Part shown: positions 19,471-28,775 of the stretch, piece by piece | Layout of the letters: every line of letters starts with the position of its first letter | Position numbering within the stretch: position 1 is the first letter of the stretch | NCBI GenBank assembly: GCA_029262635.1 | Contig: JAJCZA010000005.1 | Location: forward strand, 535,135 to 599,134 | Direction: 5' to 3' | From: Vampirovibrionales bacterium | GTDB lineage: Bacteria; Cyanobacteriota; Vampirovibrionia; Vampirovibrionales; Vampirovibrionaceae | Length of the DNA: 64,000 bases | Made by a program: the position numbers and the translations under genes | The notes under the pieces: generated by a model | Database searches by the model: none | What the model was told of the DNA's origin: nothing | Seen by the model: the letters and a program-made list of their open reading frames with translations, nothing else

Positions 19471-19493
19471 AAAGGTGCTTTTAAAAGGTGCTT
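19471..19493 (+). promoter_or_regulatory. 10-bp direct repeat AAAGGTGCTT x2 (3-bp spacer) in the long AT-rich region upstream of the repeat-protein gene
   Basis: exact repeat at 19471-19480 and 19484-19493 inside a 250-bp AT-rich non-coding region. Confidence 0.25.
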
Positions 19494-19634
19494 CTATTTG
19501 AGTGCCTAATCGATCATTAAAAAATGACAAATCAAACACAGACAAAAATGGTTTGTTTTGATAATCAGAAGAAGAATTTTAACGGATACAGATCCGTGTG
19601 CAGATAGAGATTGAGAGAGTTTAAGGGAAATACT

Positions 19635-21956
19635 ATGATTAATCCCCTTTTTAACAACTACCAAACAGCGAGATCCTTCCAGATGAATCCGGGAGTGTAT
19701 CAGCTTCCGACCCAGGCCCAGCCGCTCGCTTTTCAGCAGCCTCAGTTTCAAGGCCAACAGGCTGTGGGGCAACAAGCTTTAGGGCAGCCTCAAGGGGCTC
19801 AAATGATGAACATGATGCTCCAAATGATGAGCATGTTGCTTCAAGTGCTTCAACAACAATTTAATCCGGGAGGCCAAAAACCTTTAGGCCAACAGCCAAA
19901 TGCTGCTGCAGGCAATGCGGGTAATGCAGGTAATGCAGGTAATAGTGGCGCTCTTGGTGGAGCTCCTGCTGCTGCCGGTAATGCAGGTAACGCGGGCAAT
20001 AGTGGTGGTATTTATGGCACCCCTGCCGCTGCAGGCAATGCGGGTAATGCAGGTAACGCAGGTAATAGTGGTGCTCTTGGTGGAGCTCCTGCCGCTGCCG
20101 GTAATGCAGGTAACGCGGGCAATAGTGGTGGTATTTATGGCACCACTGCCGCTGCAGGCAATGCGGGTAACGCAGATAATGGTGGAGCTCCTGTTGATGC
20201 AGGTAACGCAGGTAATGGTGCTGGTGTTTATGATGCTCCCGGTGGTGCTTACGGTGCTCCCGGCGGAGCCCCTCCTGCAGGTGATGCAGGCAATGGTGTT
20301 GGTAATGACGGTACGCAACCTTATCTACAGACCGACGCCGAAGATGCCGTGGATTATATCTTAGCTCAGACCCAAGGTGGTACCAGTGGCGTAAACGAAG
20401 CCATTGAAGGTCGCTTTGCCCGGGACGGTTCCCGATTTGCAACGGCAGGTGCTAATGAGTTTGATGCGGCGATCGTGTCGAATTATGCGGCCCAATTTAA
20501 AGCGTTTGCTCTTGGAAAGGATCCTAAATTCGATCCGGGTGTTGATGATGTTAGAACCATTGCCAATAACATTACCGAAGCGCAACAAGTTCAATTTACA
20601 CCGGAAGCGGAACTCTTATCCAAGGTGGCTGCGGTTTACCGGGGCGAGATGACCGGTAGCGTAAACGAGTATGACAACAATGCCCTGAGAAATGTTCTAC
20701 TTCAGTTTAACCGGGGTGACATTGCCAATACAGACGGTGTCGGCCAGTTTGACGTTCAGTCAATTGGTGGTGTGGTCAAAATGCTCAATGAAGAGCAAGA
20801 CCCGGCGCTTCGTCAGCAAATGCTTCAGCAGGTTTTTGACTTCCAGGGGAACTCTCCCTCCAGTCCAAGTGGAGCGGTTCCTCAGCTCGGTGCTTATCAG
20901 CGAGCCGTTGATGTGGTTCGAAACGGTACCATTGATGGCTTATTGAATAACTATGCCAATGGTGTTCAGACCACCCAGCCTCTTTACAATGGCCCGGCAA
21001 ATCCAAATGGCGAGCCTGTTTCAGGGGCAGTTAACCGGAATATTGATTTTCAGGCCCTGAGTACGCAAGATCGAACTGCTCTTGGACTCAATGACCGTGA
21101 TCGAGCTGTTCTCCATCTATATGGTCGTCAAATGATTTCTCAAGGGTTTCAGGATGGCGGTATCTACACTAATATTCTGGATAACAACACGGGTACCGCT
21201 GCGGAACAACAATTAGTTGCGGAACTTCGGGCAAGAGATCAAGCCCAGTTTGGTGTGGATACTGGTGTTGCGTTGGATGAAGAGTTTTTTGCTCTCCATC
21301 AACGACTCACGGGTGAAGATTTATCGACCCGATATGCCAACCGGCAGGTCAATGCTTCACAAGGTGCCATTAATATTGTTAACGATCTGGATCAGCTCCA
21401 GCAAAAGACAGGTTTATCCACGTTTGAGCAGTCTATCTTAAGACTCTATGGCCACGAACCCTTAATGAACGGCGGAAAAATTGATGGCTCCAGTCTCGCT
21501 TATACCATTGCCAACAGTAATGCATTAGATAGTGACGCAAAATCGGGTGGAAATGGTATTGATACTCAAGCTCAGACGTTACTGGAGCTTGATCTTGCTC
21601 GGGATGGTGTTGTCAACGGCGATGCGTTAAGCATTGGTTTTACTGGCGCATTAGATAAGCTTTATCTGGGTACAGAGGGTGTGACCGAACAAGGTCTGCA
21701 GCAAACCGTTATGAATCAAGCCGCTCAACTTGGCCGGACCACTCAACAAATTGGTCAAGATGTGTCTCGGGGTGTCGATGCTGCCATTGGTCAAGCAACT
21801 CAACTCGTTAAGGATCACCCAGTCACTTCCGTTGCCGCTGCAGGTGGACTAGCCGCCGCTACAGCTGTATGCCCTTACCTTGGTGGGTTAGGCGCATCGG
21901 GTGTCGCCGCAACATTTGGTGGCCCTCAGGCCGGAGGTAATGGTATTCCAGTCTAA
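19635..21956 (+). CDS. large low-complexity protein: Q-rich N-terminus, (GNA)n tandem repeats, about 580-aa C-terminal region of unknown function; no signal peptide
   Basis: ATG 19635 with SD AAGGGA 6 nt upstream (ORF track start 19611 is TTG); long ORF; antisense His/Tyr-rich ORFs are artefacts. Confidence 0.7.
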   Translation: MINPLFNNYQTARSFQMNPGVYQLPTQAQPLAFQQPQFQGQQAVGQQALGQPQGAQMMNMMLQMMSMLLQVLQQQFNPGGQKPLGQQPNAAAGNAGNAGNAGNSGALGGAPAAAGNAGNAGNSGGIYGTPAAAGNAGNAGNAGNSGALGGAPAAAGNAGNAGNSGGIYGTTAAAGNAGNADNGGAPVDAGNAGNGAGVYDAPGGAYGAPGGAPPAGDAGNGVGNDGTQPYLQTDAEDAVDYILAQTQGGTSGVNEAIEGRFARDGSRFATAGANEFDAAIVSNYAAQFKAFALGKDPKFDPGVDDVRTIANNITEAQQVQFTPEAELLSKVAAVYRGEMTGSVNEYDNNALRNVLLQFNRGDIANTDGVGQFDVQSIGGVVKMLNEEQDPALRQQMLQQVFDFQGNSPSSPSGAVPQLGAYQRAVDVVRNGTIDGLLNNYANGVQTTQPLYNGPANPNGEPVSGAVNRNIDFQALSTQDRTALGLNDRDRAVLHLYGRQMISQGFQDGGIYTNILDNNTGTAAEQQLVAELRARDQAQFGVDTGVALDEEFFALHQRLTGEDLSTRYANRQVNASQGAINIVNDLDQLQQKTGLSTFEQSILRLYGHEPLMNGGKIDGSSLAYTIANSNALDSDAKSGGNGIDTQAQTLLELDLARDGVVNGDALSIGFTGALDKLYLGTEGVTEQGLQQTVMNQAAQLGRTTQQIGQDVSRGVDAAIGQATQLVKDHPVTSVAAAGGLAAATAVCPYLGGLGASGVAATFGGPQAGGNGIPV
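19902..20186 (+). repeat. in-frame tandem repeat, 123-bp unit (41 aa AAAGNAGNAGNAGNSGALGGAPAAAGNAGNAGNSGGIYGTP) x2.3, near-identical copies
   Basis: units 19902-20024, 20025-20147, partial 20148-about 20186; only a few synonymous/one T-to-P differences. Confidence 0.85.
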
Positions 21957-22020
21957 TAAAAAGAATGTCTAAAGGAAAAGAAGTAGGTAGAGAAATAAAA
22001 GAGGAATTATGATTAAAAAG

Positions 22021-22058
22021 CAGAATCTCCTGACTTGTCAGGGGGTTCTGTTTTAAAA
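22021..22058 (+). terminator. rho-independent terminator after the repeat-protein gene
   Basis: stem cagaatctcctgac/gtcagggggttctg (loop ttgt) followed by TTTTAAAAT. Confidence 0.55.
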
Positions 22059-22066
22059 TAGAGGGC

Positions 22067-22396
22067 ATGACCCGTATCAACGAACTGGAAGCAGAAGAAT
22101 ATGCCCGCCACCACCTTTTAAAGTCGGGTATTGTTGCTGAGTTGAAAAAGAATAAAATCTATATTTGGACTATCAAAGCGGAGCCTGATGCCCTGTTTAT
22201 TGCCATTGATTCTCGTCAAAATACTCGGGCGGATATGGAAACGGTTTACCGCATCATTCGTGATTTTTTGACGCCTTTGCAACGGAAAATCGAGTTCAAA
22301 GAATTGGCGATTAAAGAAAACTGTTGTTTTGGGGTCTGTCACGGTTGCCTTAATGGGGATCCTCAAAGCCAAGCGCTTTGGATTGATTCAGAATAA
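22067..22396 (+). CDS. hypothetical protein (109 aa) with C-terminal CCFGVCHGC Cys cluster
   Basis: ORF with ATG; no family recognised. Confidence 0.35.
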   Translation: MTRINELEAEEYARHHLLKSGIVAELKKNKIYIWTIKAEPDALFIAIDSRQNTRADMETVYRIIRDFLTPLQRKIEFKELAIKENCCFGVCHGCLNGDPQSQALWIDSE

Positions 22397-22408
22397 TCTA
22401 ACCAGATT

Positions 22409-22855
22409 TTAAAAGAGAATGGCGTTTTCTTGGGTTCGATACGCTTGACCTCTGAATAGAGCCACAATTTGTTCGTTTTGGTTGGTAACCGTAACGTCAT
22501 AAATCCCATGACGGCCTTTTAGAGTCTGTTCGGATCCAGTTGCAATCAACTGATCGTCAACATAGACCGGGTTTGTATAGTTGATTGAACAATGAAGAGC
22601 CACACTCTTTTCATTTCGAGCGTTACTCGCATAGGCGAAAGCGGTGTCGGCTAATGTATAGGTCACTCCACCATGACAAATACCATGACCGTTGACCATA
22701 TCCGGGCGTATCGTTATGCTGACTTGGGCATAGCCAGGGCGGATCTCTAATAGTCTTAACCCTAAATGCTTTCCGGCTAAATCCTTAGATTGCAGGGCTT
22801 CCCCTACTGCTTGCGCTTGGTTTTTTGAAGGTTGCATGGTCTTATCTTTCCTCAA
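22409..22855 (-). CDS. PaaI/4HBT-type hotdog-fold acyl-CoA thioesterase
   Basis: hotdog fold with HGG motif (GICHGGVTYTLADTAFA); 148 aa. Confidence 0.8.
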   Translation of the reverse strand: MRKDKTMQPSKNQAQAVGEALQSKDLAGKHLGLRLLEIRPGYAQVSITIRPDMVNGHGICHGGVTYTLADTAFAYASNARNEKSVALHCSINYTNPVYVDDQLIATGSEQTLKGRHGIYDVTVTNQNEQIVALFRGQAYRTQENAILF

Positions 22856-22884
22856 ACTGGGGGATTGATTTGATTTTCTTTTAT

Positions 22885-23301
22885 TTAAATGAGAAGAAGC
22901 ATTCCACCAAGGATGGTTAACAGGCCAAATACCTGTTTGATGCTCAGGGTCTCTTTTAAGATGAAAAAACTGAGCAGTGTGACAAGGGCAAAGTTGGCAT
23001 TGAGCAGTGCCGTTGCGATGCCTGTTTTAGCTCCCGGTTGACTAAAAGCGGCATTTAGGCACACGACCATGCCGCTTAGAAATACACCGGCCAAGAGTGA
23101 GGTGAGCAGTCCTTTGGGTGAGACTAGTAAGTTCGGCTTGTTTAAAGCCCACAGAGTTGCGCCGAAGATAAAATTTGTTAAAAAAATGACTGTAACAACC
23201 GATAAAGACGACTGCCCCTGAGTATGGGCGAGGCGGGTCATAAAATTGCCGAGGCCGCCTAAAAGCAGTGCCAATAACGAATAGAAAACCCAGGTCGCCA
23301 C
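22885..23301 (-). CDS. EamA-like (single-domain, 4-TM) small membrane transporter
   Basis: 138 aa, 4 predicted TM helices, EamA-type pattern. Confidence 0.55.
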   Translation of the reverse strand: MATWVFYSLLALLLGGLGNFMTRLAHTQGQSSLSVVTVIFLTNFIFGATLWALNKPNLLVSPKGLLTSLLAGVFLSGMVVCLNAAFSQPGAKTGIATALLNANFALVTLLSFFILKETLSIKQVFGLLTILGGMLLLI

Positions 23302-23482
23302 AAATTAGATGCTCCGTTCTCAAATTAAGGTTGTTTTTCATTGTAACAAAAGTATAGGCGTCTTTCGGGTTTTAATCTGTTATTTTTAACCTTTTTAGGA
23401 TAAAATGCGACTGCTGTTCACGAACTTATGGAAGAGAAGAGGGGTGGTACGGCATCAAAGGTTGATAGACGGATAAAGCAAG

Positions 23483-24079
23483 ATGGATTTTAAAGAGCAT
23501 GATGTGCCCATGACACTGGAAGAAGCGCAGCAAACGTTGTGGATACATCAACAGGATACACCTAAAACAACTCAAGAAGCGCTTGCACGGGCGTCTCAGG
23601 CCATGATTGAATGTATTGGTGCTTTTCAGAATGATGAACTTATCATGGTACAGACCCGGCTTGAAGATACACTGGTTCAAATTCTTATGGTCATGAAAAC
23701 CCTGAACGTTTCTCCGGATTGTGCGCTGGAACGTGCGATTACTCGGGGAGTACAAACAACGGTCCAGCAACAACGGGCTTTTCATATTTATGGTGACCGA
23801 GTTGACATTCAGGTGGGGGGTGAGCTTCGGGGAGGGTGGCCGTTGTACACTCATGAAGACTATGAAGCGGTTGTTGCGCTGGCCCGCACCTTCGGGTGTG
23901 AGGTGACGCATCACGACTCGCAACAGTTGGCGCTGTTTAAGGCGACGTCCTCGTCTCGAACCGGTCCGACCATTCGTAATCGGGTTCCCAACTATTACAC
24001 CAACCCGTCTTCGAAAAAAGCGAATGCCAGCACGCCACGCCCTCAATTCACTCTGGTTTCTAATGACTGTTCGTCTTAA
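23483..24079 (+). CDS. hypothetical protein; N-terminal region weakly MazG-like (all-alpha NTP pyrophosphohydrolase)
   Basis: ExxE...E..D-like acidic pattern (LEEAQQ...IECIGAFQNDEL...LEDTLVQIL); tentative. Confidence 0.4.
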   Translation: MDFKEHDVPMTLEEAQQTLWIHQQDTPKTTQEALARASQAMIECIGAFQNDELIMVQTRLEDTLVQILMVMKTLNVSPDCALERAITRGVQTTVQQQRAFHIYGDRVDIQVGGELRGGWPLYTHEDYEAVVALARTFGCEVTHHDSQQLALFKATSSSRTGPTIRNRVPNYYTNPSSKKANASTPRPQFTLVSNDCSS

Positions 24080-24830
24080 CAAACTGATTGCTGATAGTGG
24101 TTTATGTTCTCGCCGGGAAGCGGATCGCCTGATTGAATCGGGCTGGGTGACGGTTAATAAGGAGAAAGTGACCACCCTGGGCTGTCAGGTGAATCCAAAA
24201 AACGATCAGATTCGAGTAAAAGGCAGGCTCCTACCAAAGCGTCAAAAAATATACGTGTTGTTTCATAAGCCTAAAGGGGCGATTACGACGAAGAAAGACG
24301 AAAAAAAGGATGCCAAACGCCAGACCATCTATGATGTTCTGCCTAAGAAATATGCTGCTTGTGATCCTGCGGGTCGGTTAGATAGAGACAGCACAGGGGC
24401 TTTGATTTTAACTAACGATGGTGATTTTATTTATCAAATCACCCATCCCCGTTTTCAGATGGAAAAAGTTTATCGGATTCGAGTTAACCGGGACATCCAA
24501 CCCGATTTAACCGCCCACCTTCTTTCCGGGGTCCCGTTTGAAGAGGAGGCTAAGACAGCTAAAGCTTCCAGTGTAAAGATTCTGGATGAACGCACTCTTC
24601 TTATAACGCTGGTCACCGGGATGAATCGACAAATTCGGCGGATGCTCATGTTACTCGGCTATAAGGTCACTAGCCTCAAGCGTATCCAATTTGGCCCTGT
24701 TCAGTTGGGCGATCTACCCCCCGGCAAGGTTCGTCCTCTCTCCGTTCCTGAAATTAAAGCTCTTACTCAGAAAGGCCCGGCAAAAGAAATAGGGAAAAAG
24801 CCGACTTCAAAACGACGGACTCAAAAATAA
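24063..24830 (+). CDS. pseudouridine synthase, RsuA/RluB family (S4 domain + catalytic domain)
   Basis: S4 RNA-binding N-terminus (RLNKLIADSGLCSRREADRLI), catalytic Asp motif GRLDRDSTGALILTNDG; start at ATG 24063 (ORF track 24024). Confidence 0.85.
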   Translation: MTVRLNKLIADSGLCSRREADRLIESGWVTVNKEKVTTLGCQVNPKNDQIRVKGRLLPKRQKIYVLFHKPKGAITTKKDEKKDAKRQTIYDVLPKKYAACDPAGRLDRDSTGALILTNDGDFIYQITHPRFQMEKVYRIRVNRDIQPDLTAHLLSGVPFEEEAKTAKASSVKILDERTLLITLVTGMNRQIRRMLMLLGYKVTSLKRIQFGPVQLGDLPPGKVRPLSVPEIKALTQKGPAKEIGKKPTSKRRTQK

Positions 24831-25020
24831 ACCTGACTATAAAATCAGGGAGAGACGTGGTAGCAGGGAAAATCTCCCAGCGAGATAACTGTAGGTGTCA
24901 CAGCTTGGTCTCGATAATCACGAAAATAAATCCGTCATTTGGAGGGCTTCAGAAGTAGATGAGGACTTTTGGCAGTGGTTTTGTTATACTATTAGGGTCT
25001 ATTAAACTGTCGAGGCACCT

Positions 25021-27525
25021 ATGTTTGAACGATTTACCGAGAAGGCCATTAAGGTCATCATGCTGGCTCAAGAAGAAGCACGCCGTTTAGGTCATAACTT
25101 TGTCGGAACGGAACAGATTTTGCTAGGGTTGATTGGCGAAGGAACAGGCATTGCCGCAAAAACCCTAAAAGGCATGGGGGTTAATCTCAAAGAAGCCCGC
25201 GCCGAAGTGGAAAAAATTATAGGCCGAGGATCCGGCTTTGTGGCGGTGGAAATCCCGTTCACCCCACGTGCTAAAAGGGTTTTAGAGCTTTCATGGGATG
25301 AGGCTCGACAGTTAGGGCATAATTATATCGGTACAGAGCATCTTTTGTTGGGGCTGATTCGAGAAGGTGAGGGCGTGGCCGCTCGTGTCCTGGAGAATCT
25401 CGGTGTGGATCTTACCAAGGTCCGTAGTAACGTTATTCGTATGCTGGGAGAAACCCGAGGCAGTGCGGTTTCTTCTTCTTCACCAGGACGAAGTAAAACC
25501 CCAACCCTTGACGAGTTCTCTATTGATCTTACTTTGGCCGCTCAGGAACTGCGTTTGGATCCTGTGGTGGGTCGAGAAAAAGAGATCAGCCGGGTCATTC
25601 AGATTTTAGGTCGCCGTTCGAAAAATAACCCGGTTCTTATTGGCGAGCCTGGTGTGGGTAAAACTGCTATTGCAGAAGGGCTCGCGCAACAAATTTATAC
25701 CGGTGATGTGCCGGAGACCTTAACAGAAAAGAAAATCGTCCAGTTGGATATTGGCCTATTAGTGGCCGGTACCAAATATCGGGGTGAATTTGAAGAGCGT
25801 CTGAAGAAGGTTATGGATGAAATTCGCCAAGCGGGTAACATTATTCTCGTGATTGACGAACTCCATACTTTGATTGGCGCGGGGGCTGCCGAAGGCGCTA
25901 TTGACGCAGCGAACATTTTAAAACCAGCCTTGTCTCGGGGTGAAATTCAGTGTATTGGCGCAACGACCATTAGCGAATACCGGAAGCACATAGAAAAGGA
26001 CGCGGCCTTGGAGCGTCGTTTTCAGCCGGTTATGATTGAAGAGCCCTCTATTGAAGAAACCATTGAAATCTTGAAAGGCTTGCGAGAAAAATACGAACAG
26101 CATCATAAGCTCATTATTACTGATGATGCGTTGGTTGCAGCTGCCAATCTATCTTCACGCTATATCGCCGACCGCTTTTTGCCCGATAAGGCCGTGGATT
26201 TGATTGATGAAGCAGGTTCAAAGGTTCGTTTGTCTACCAGTGCCCTACCGCCTGAAGGTAAAGAGCTGGAACAGGAACTTAAAGGGATTATTCGTCAAAA
26301 AGAAGAATCCATTCGGAATCAGGAATTTGAGACAGCCAGCGACCTTCGGGATCAGGAAGCGGAGTTACGAGAAAAAATTCGTGAGATTAGCGCGGAATGG
26401 AAGAAAACACTGGAAAACGAAAAGATTGAAGTGACCGAAGAGCATATCGCTGAAGTGGTCAGTGGCTGGACGGGTATTCCCGTTTCAAAACTCACCGAGA
26501 GTGAGTCTGAAAAACTGCTGAAGATGGAAGAAGTGATGCATGAGCGGGTGATTGGCCAACATGATGCGGTTGTATCTATTTGTAAGGCTATTCGCCGTGC
26601 TAGAGTTGGTTTAAAGAGTCCTGCTCGACCTATTGGTAGCTTTATTTTTAGTGGCCCCACCGGTGTGGGTAAAACGGAGCTAGCTAAAACGCTGGCTGAT
26701 TACCTGTTTGGCTCCGAGGACAACGTGATTCGGGTAGATATGTCCGAATTCATGGAGCGTCATACCGTTAGTAAGCTTATTGGGTCGCCTCCCGGTTATG
26801 TCGGCTTTAATGATGGTGGGCAGTTAACCGAAATGGTCCGACGCAAACCCTACTCGGTTGTCCTGTTTGATGAAATTGAAAAAGCCCATCCCGATGTGTT
26901 TAACGTCTTGCTCCAAATCCTGGATGATGGCCGGTTAACCGATTCCAAGGGACGTAATATTGACTTTAAAAATACCATTATTATTATGACCAGCAATGTC
27001 GGTGCGCGTGGTATCGAAAACCCATCGCCTCTAGGCTTCTCATCCCAGGGTGATGACTCGGCGGCTCGCTACGACAAGATGAAAGAAACCGTCATGGACG
27101 AGATGAAGAAAACGTTCCGTCCCGAGTTCTTGAACCGACTGGATGACATTATCATTTTCCATCAGCTGAAGAAAGAAGAAATCCGAGAAATTGTCGATAT
27201 TATGATGAACGACGTGATGAAGCGTATGGAACAGCAAGAAATGACACTCCTGCTCAACGATGACGTGAAAGACTTTATGGCCGACGAAGGGTACAGTCCG
27301 GCATATGGTGCTCGTCCGTTACGACGAGTTATTCAACGACGCATTGAGGATGAACTGACCGACCAACTGCTTACAGGTAAGTTTAAAGCCGGGGATGTGG
27401 TTGAGGCCAAGTTGAAGGAGAAGGCTATCGTTTTTGAAAAATCCCGAAAAAAAGGGACGGCGAAAAGCCAGAGTAAATCTGGAAAAGTGGAAAAAGTAGA
27501 AAAAGTCGAAAAACAGGAAGCCTAA
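25021..27525 (+). CDS. clpC: ATP-dependent Clp protease ATP-binding subunit ClpC
   Basis: double Clp_N repeat, Walker A GEPGVGKT and GPTGVGKT in two AAA+ modules, UVR-like middle domain, 834 aa. Confidence 0.95.
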   Translation: MFERFTEKAIKVIMLAQEEARRLGHNFVGTEQILLGLIGEGTGIAAKTLKGMGVNLKEARAEVEKIIGRGSGFVAVEIPFTPRAKRVLELSWDEARQLGHNYIGTEHLLLGLIREGEGVAARVLENLGVDLTKVRSNVIRMLGETRGSAVSSSSPGRSKTPTLDEFSIDLTLAAQELRLDPVVGREKEISRVIQILGRRSKNNPVLIGEPGVGKTAIAEGLAQQIYTGDVPETLTEKKIVQLDIGLLVAGTKYRGEFEERLKKVMDEIRQAGNIILVIDELHTLIGAGAAEGAIDAANILKPALSRGEIQCIGATTISEYRKHIEKDAALERRFQPVMIEEPSIEETIEILKGLREKYEQHHKLIITDDALVAAANLSSRYIADRFLPDKAVDLIDEAGSKVRLSTSALPPEGKELEQELKGIIRQKEESIRNQEFETASDLRDQEAELREKIREISAEWKKTLENEKIEVTEEHIAEVVSGWTGIPVSKLTESESEKLLKMEEVMHERVIGQHDAVVSICKAIRRARVGLKSPARPIGSFIFSGPTGVGKTELAKTLADYLFGSEDNVIRVDMSEFMERHTVSKLIGSPPGYVGFNDGGQLTEMVRRKPYSVVLFDEIEKAHPDVFNVLLQILDDGRLTDSKGRNIDFKNTIIIMTSNVGARGIENPSPLGFSSQGDDSAARYDKMKETVMDEMKKTFRPEFLNRLDDIIIFHQLKKEEIREIVDIMMNDVMKRMEQQEMTLLLNDDVKDFMADEGYSPAYGARPLRRVIQRRIEDELTDQLLTGKFKAGDVVEAKLKEKAIVFEKSRKKGTAKSQSKSGKVEKVEKVEKQEA

Positions 27526-27537
27526 GTTTGAGGTGGT

Positions 27538-28560
27538 ATGTCTGAAGAAATAATGCCGTCATCTGGACAACCCTCAGCGTCATTGTCGGCTCCTGCTCCT
27601 TACAGGGCAGGGGGGAAGGCTACTATTTTCGATATGTTCCTGCCGCCTCAAGCCTTTATTCTGTTGGTCATTTTACTGGCCATCCTTCCCGTAACCCTGT
27701 TAGCGGCTCAGAGCTTGTTTGTCCCACTATTTGAGGCGATTCGCTCCTTAATCTTGCCTGAAATGAGGGGGATGCAAACTATTTTACCGTGGGTCTTTTA
27801 TGTTCGACTGGGCATCTTTTTACTGCTGGCTTTTCTCGGTGTCTTTCAATTGATTCTCCGAATTCGATTGATCTATTATCAGGCTTGGGCTAAAAATTTT
27901 CCGCGATCGGATGTCTTGCATGTGGACTATCAACCGGATATACAACAATCTATCGTATCGGTTCAGAGTTGGAATCTTTATCGATTATTTGCTATTTGTC
28001 TGCCTCCCCTGATTATCGGGTCGACGTTTGTGGGCGTTTGTTTTTTGGAATTGTATTTATTTAATCAATTTATCGATATGCCCGCAACTAGCTTGCCGGC
28101 CGTGATTATCTCTTTTCTGTTTATCTCATTACTGCTTTTGATGTTTACTATTTTTGCCATCGGTAACAGTCTTTGGGTTATGATGATTACCCTGTTTGGT
28201 GACGTGGTAGCGATTACGGAGCCTGACTTGACAACGAAAACTATCTACGAGCGATGTCGTCGGGTTGCCTTTAGCTCGCCATTAGTTTATTTACTGTATC
28301 CTGCTTATTTCCTGTTTCTGGTCGGACTTTTTGCTGAAGTGGCTTGGTTCGTTATGACCTATGATTTGCAGGATTTACTTCAGTTTAAAATTAATTTTTT
28401 CTGGGTTTTTATTTTGGAAACGGTGACGTTGGCAGTTTATCTTGGGCTGAACTTCCTTAAGTTTTACACGTATCATTATGCTTTAAAGTGGTATTATCGA
28501 CGTTTACCCGAAGCCTTCCGAAAACGGTTTGCTCCCCCTGCCGTACTGACCCAAGTATAG
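27538..28560 (+). CDS. polytopic membrane protein of unknown function, co-transcribed with clpC (12-bp gap)
   Basis: about 8 hydrophobic helices; no family recognised. Confidence 0.55.
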   Translation: MSEEIMPSSGQPSASLSAPAPYRAGGKATIFDMFLPPQAFILLVILLAILPVTLLAAQSLFVPLFEAIRSLILPEMRGMQTILPWVFYVRLGIFLLLAFLGVFQLILRIRLIYYQAWAKNFPRSDVLHVDYQPDIQQSIVSVQSWNLYRLFAICLPPLIIGSTFVGVCFLELYLFNQFIDMPATSLPAVIISFLFISLLLLMFTIFAIGNSLWVMMITLFGDVVAITEPDLTTKTIYERCRRVAFSSPLVYLLYPAYFLFLVGLFAEVAWFVMTYDLQDLLQFKINFFWVFILETVTLAVYLGLNFLKFYTYHYALKWYYRRLPEAFRKRFAPPAVLTQV

Positions 28561-28775
28561 CTTTCATTAGTTATGTTCTTGAATTCTGGATAAACCTAAT
28601 TACTCTTGTAATAAAAGAGAAAGCCCATGGAATCACCCTACAGGGTGTCCGCTATTTAATGTAACTTCGGGCTTTCGCTGTTCAGGTTGCGATTGAACCG
28701 CCGAAGCCACAAGAAGAAGTTGAGTTTTGTGTTTTTCTAAGGCTTGCTATTCTGGAATGTTGAGGCTAAATCAAA

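Noticed and set aside
19902-20186. Possible CRISPR array (regular repeats)
   Set aside because: Repeats are 123 bp, contiguous with no unique spacers, and in frame within a protein-coding gene; no cas genes nearby.
19861-20442. 193-aa His/Tyr-rich and 144-aa Thr/Cys-rich ORFs antisense to the (GNA)n repeat region
   Set aside because: Generated by the tandem coding repeat of the plus-strand gene read in other frames; no start signals; extreme composition.
23426-24175. 249-aa Arg-rich minus-strand ORF
   Set aside because: Overlaps two well-supported plus-strand genes (MazG-like and pseudouridine synthase); Arg/Leu-rich composition typical of antisense artefacts.
24831-25020. Candidate CtsR-type operator or sigma70 promoter upstream of clpC (TTGTTA...TAAACT)
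   Set aside because: No tandem GGTCAAA heptad repeat; -35/-10 assignment too ambiguous to call.
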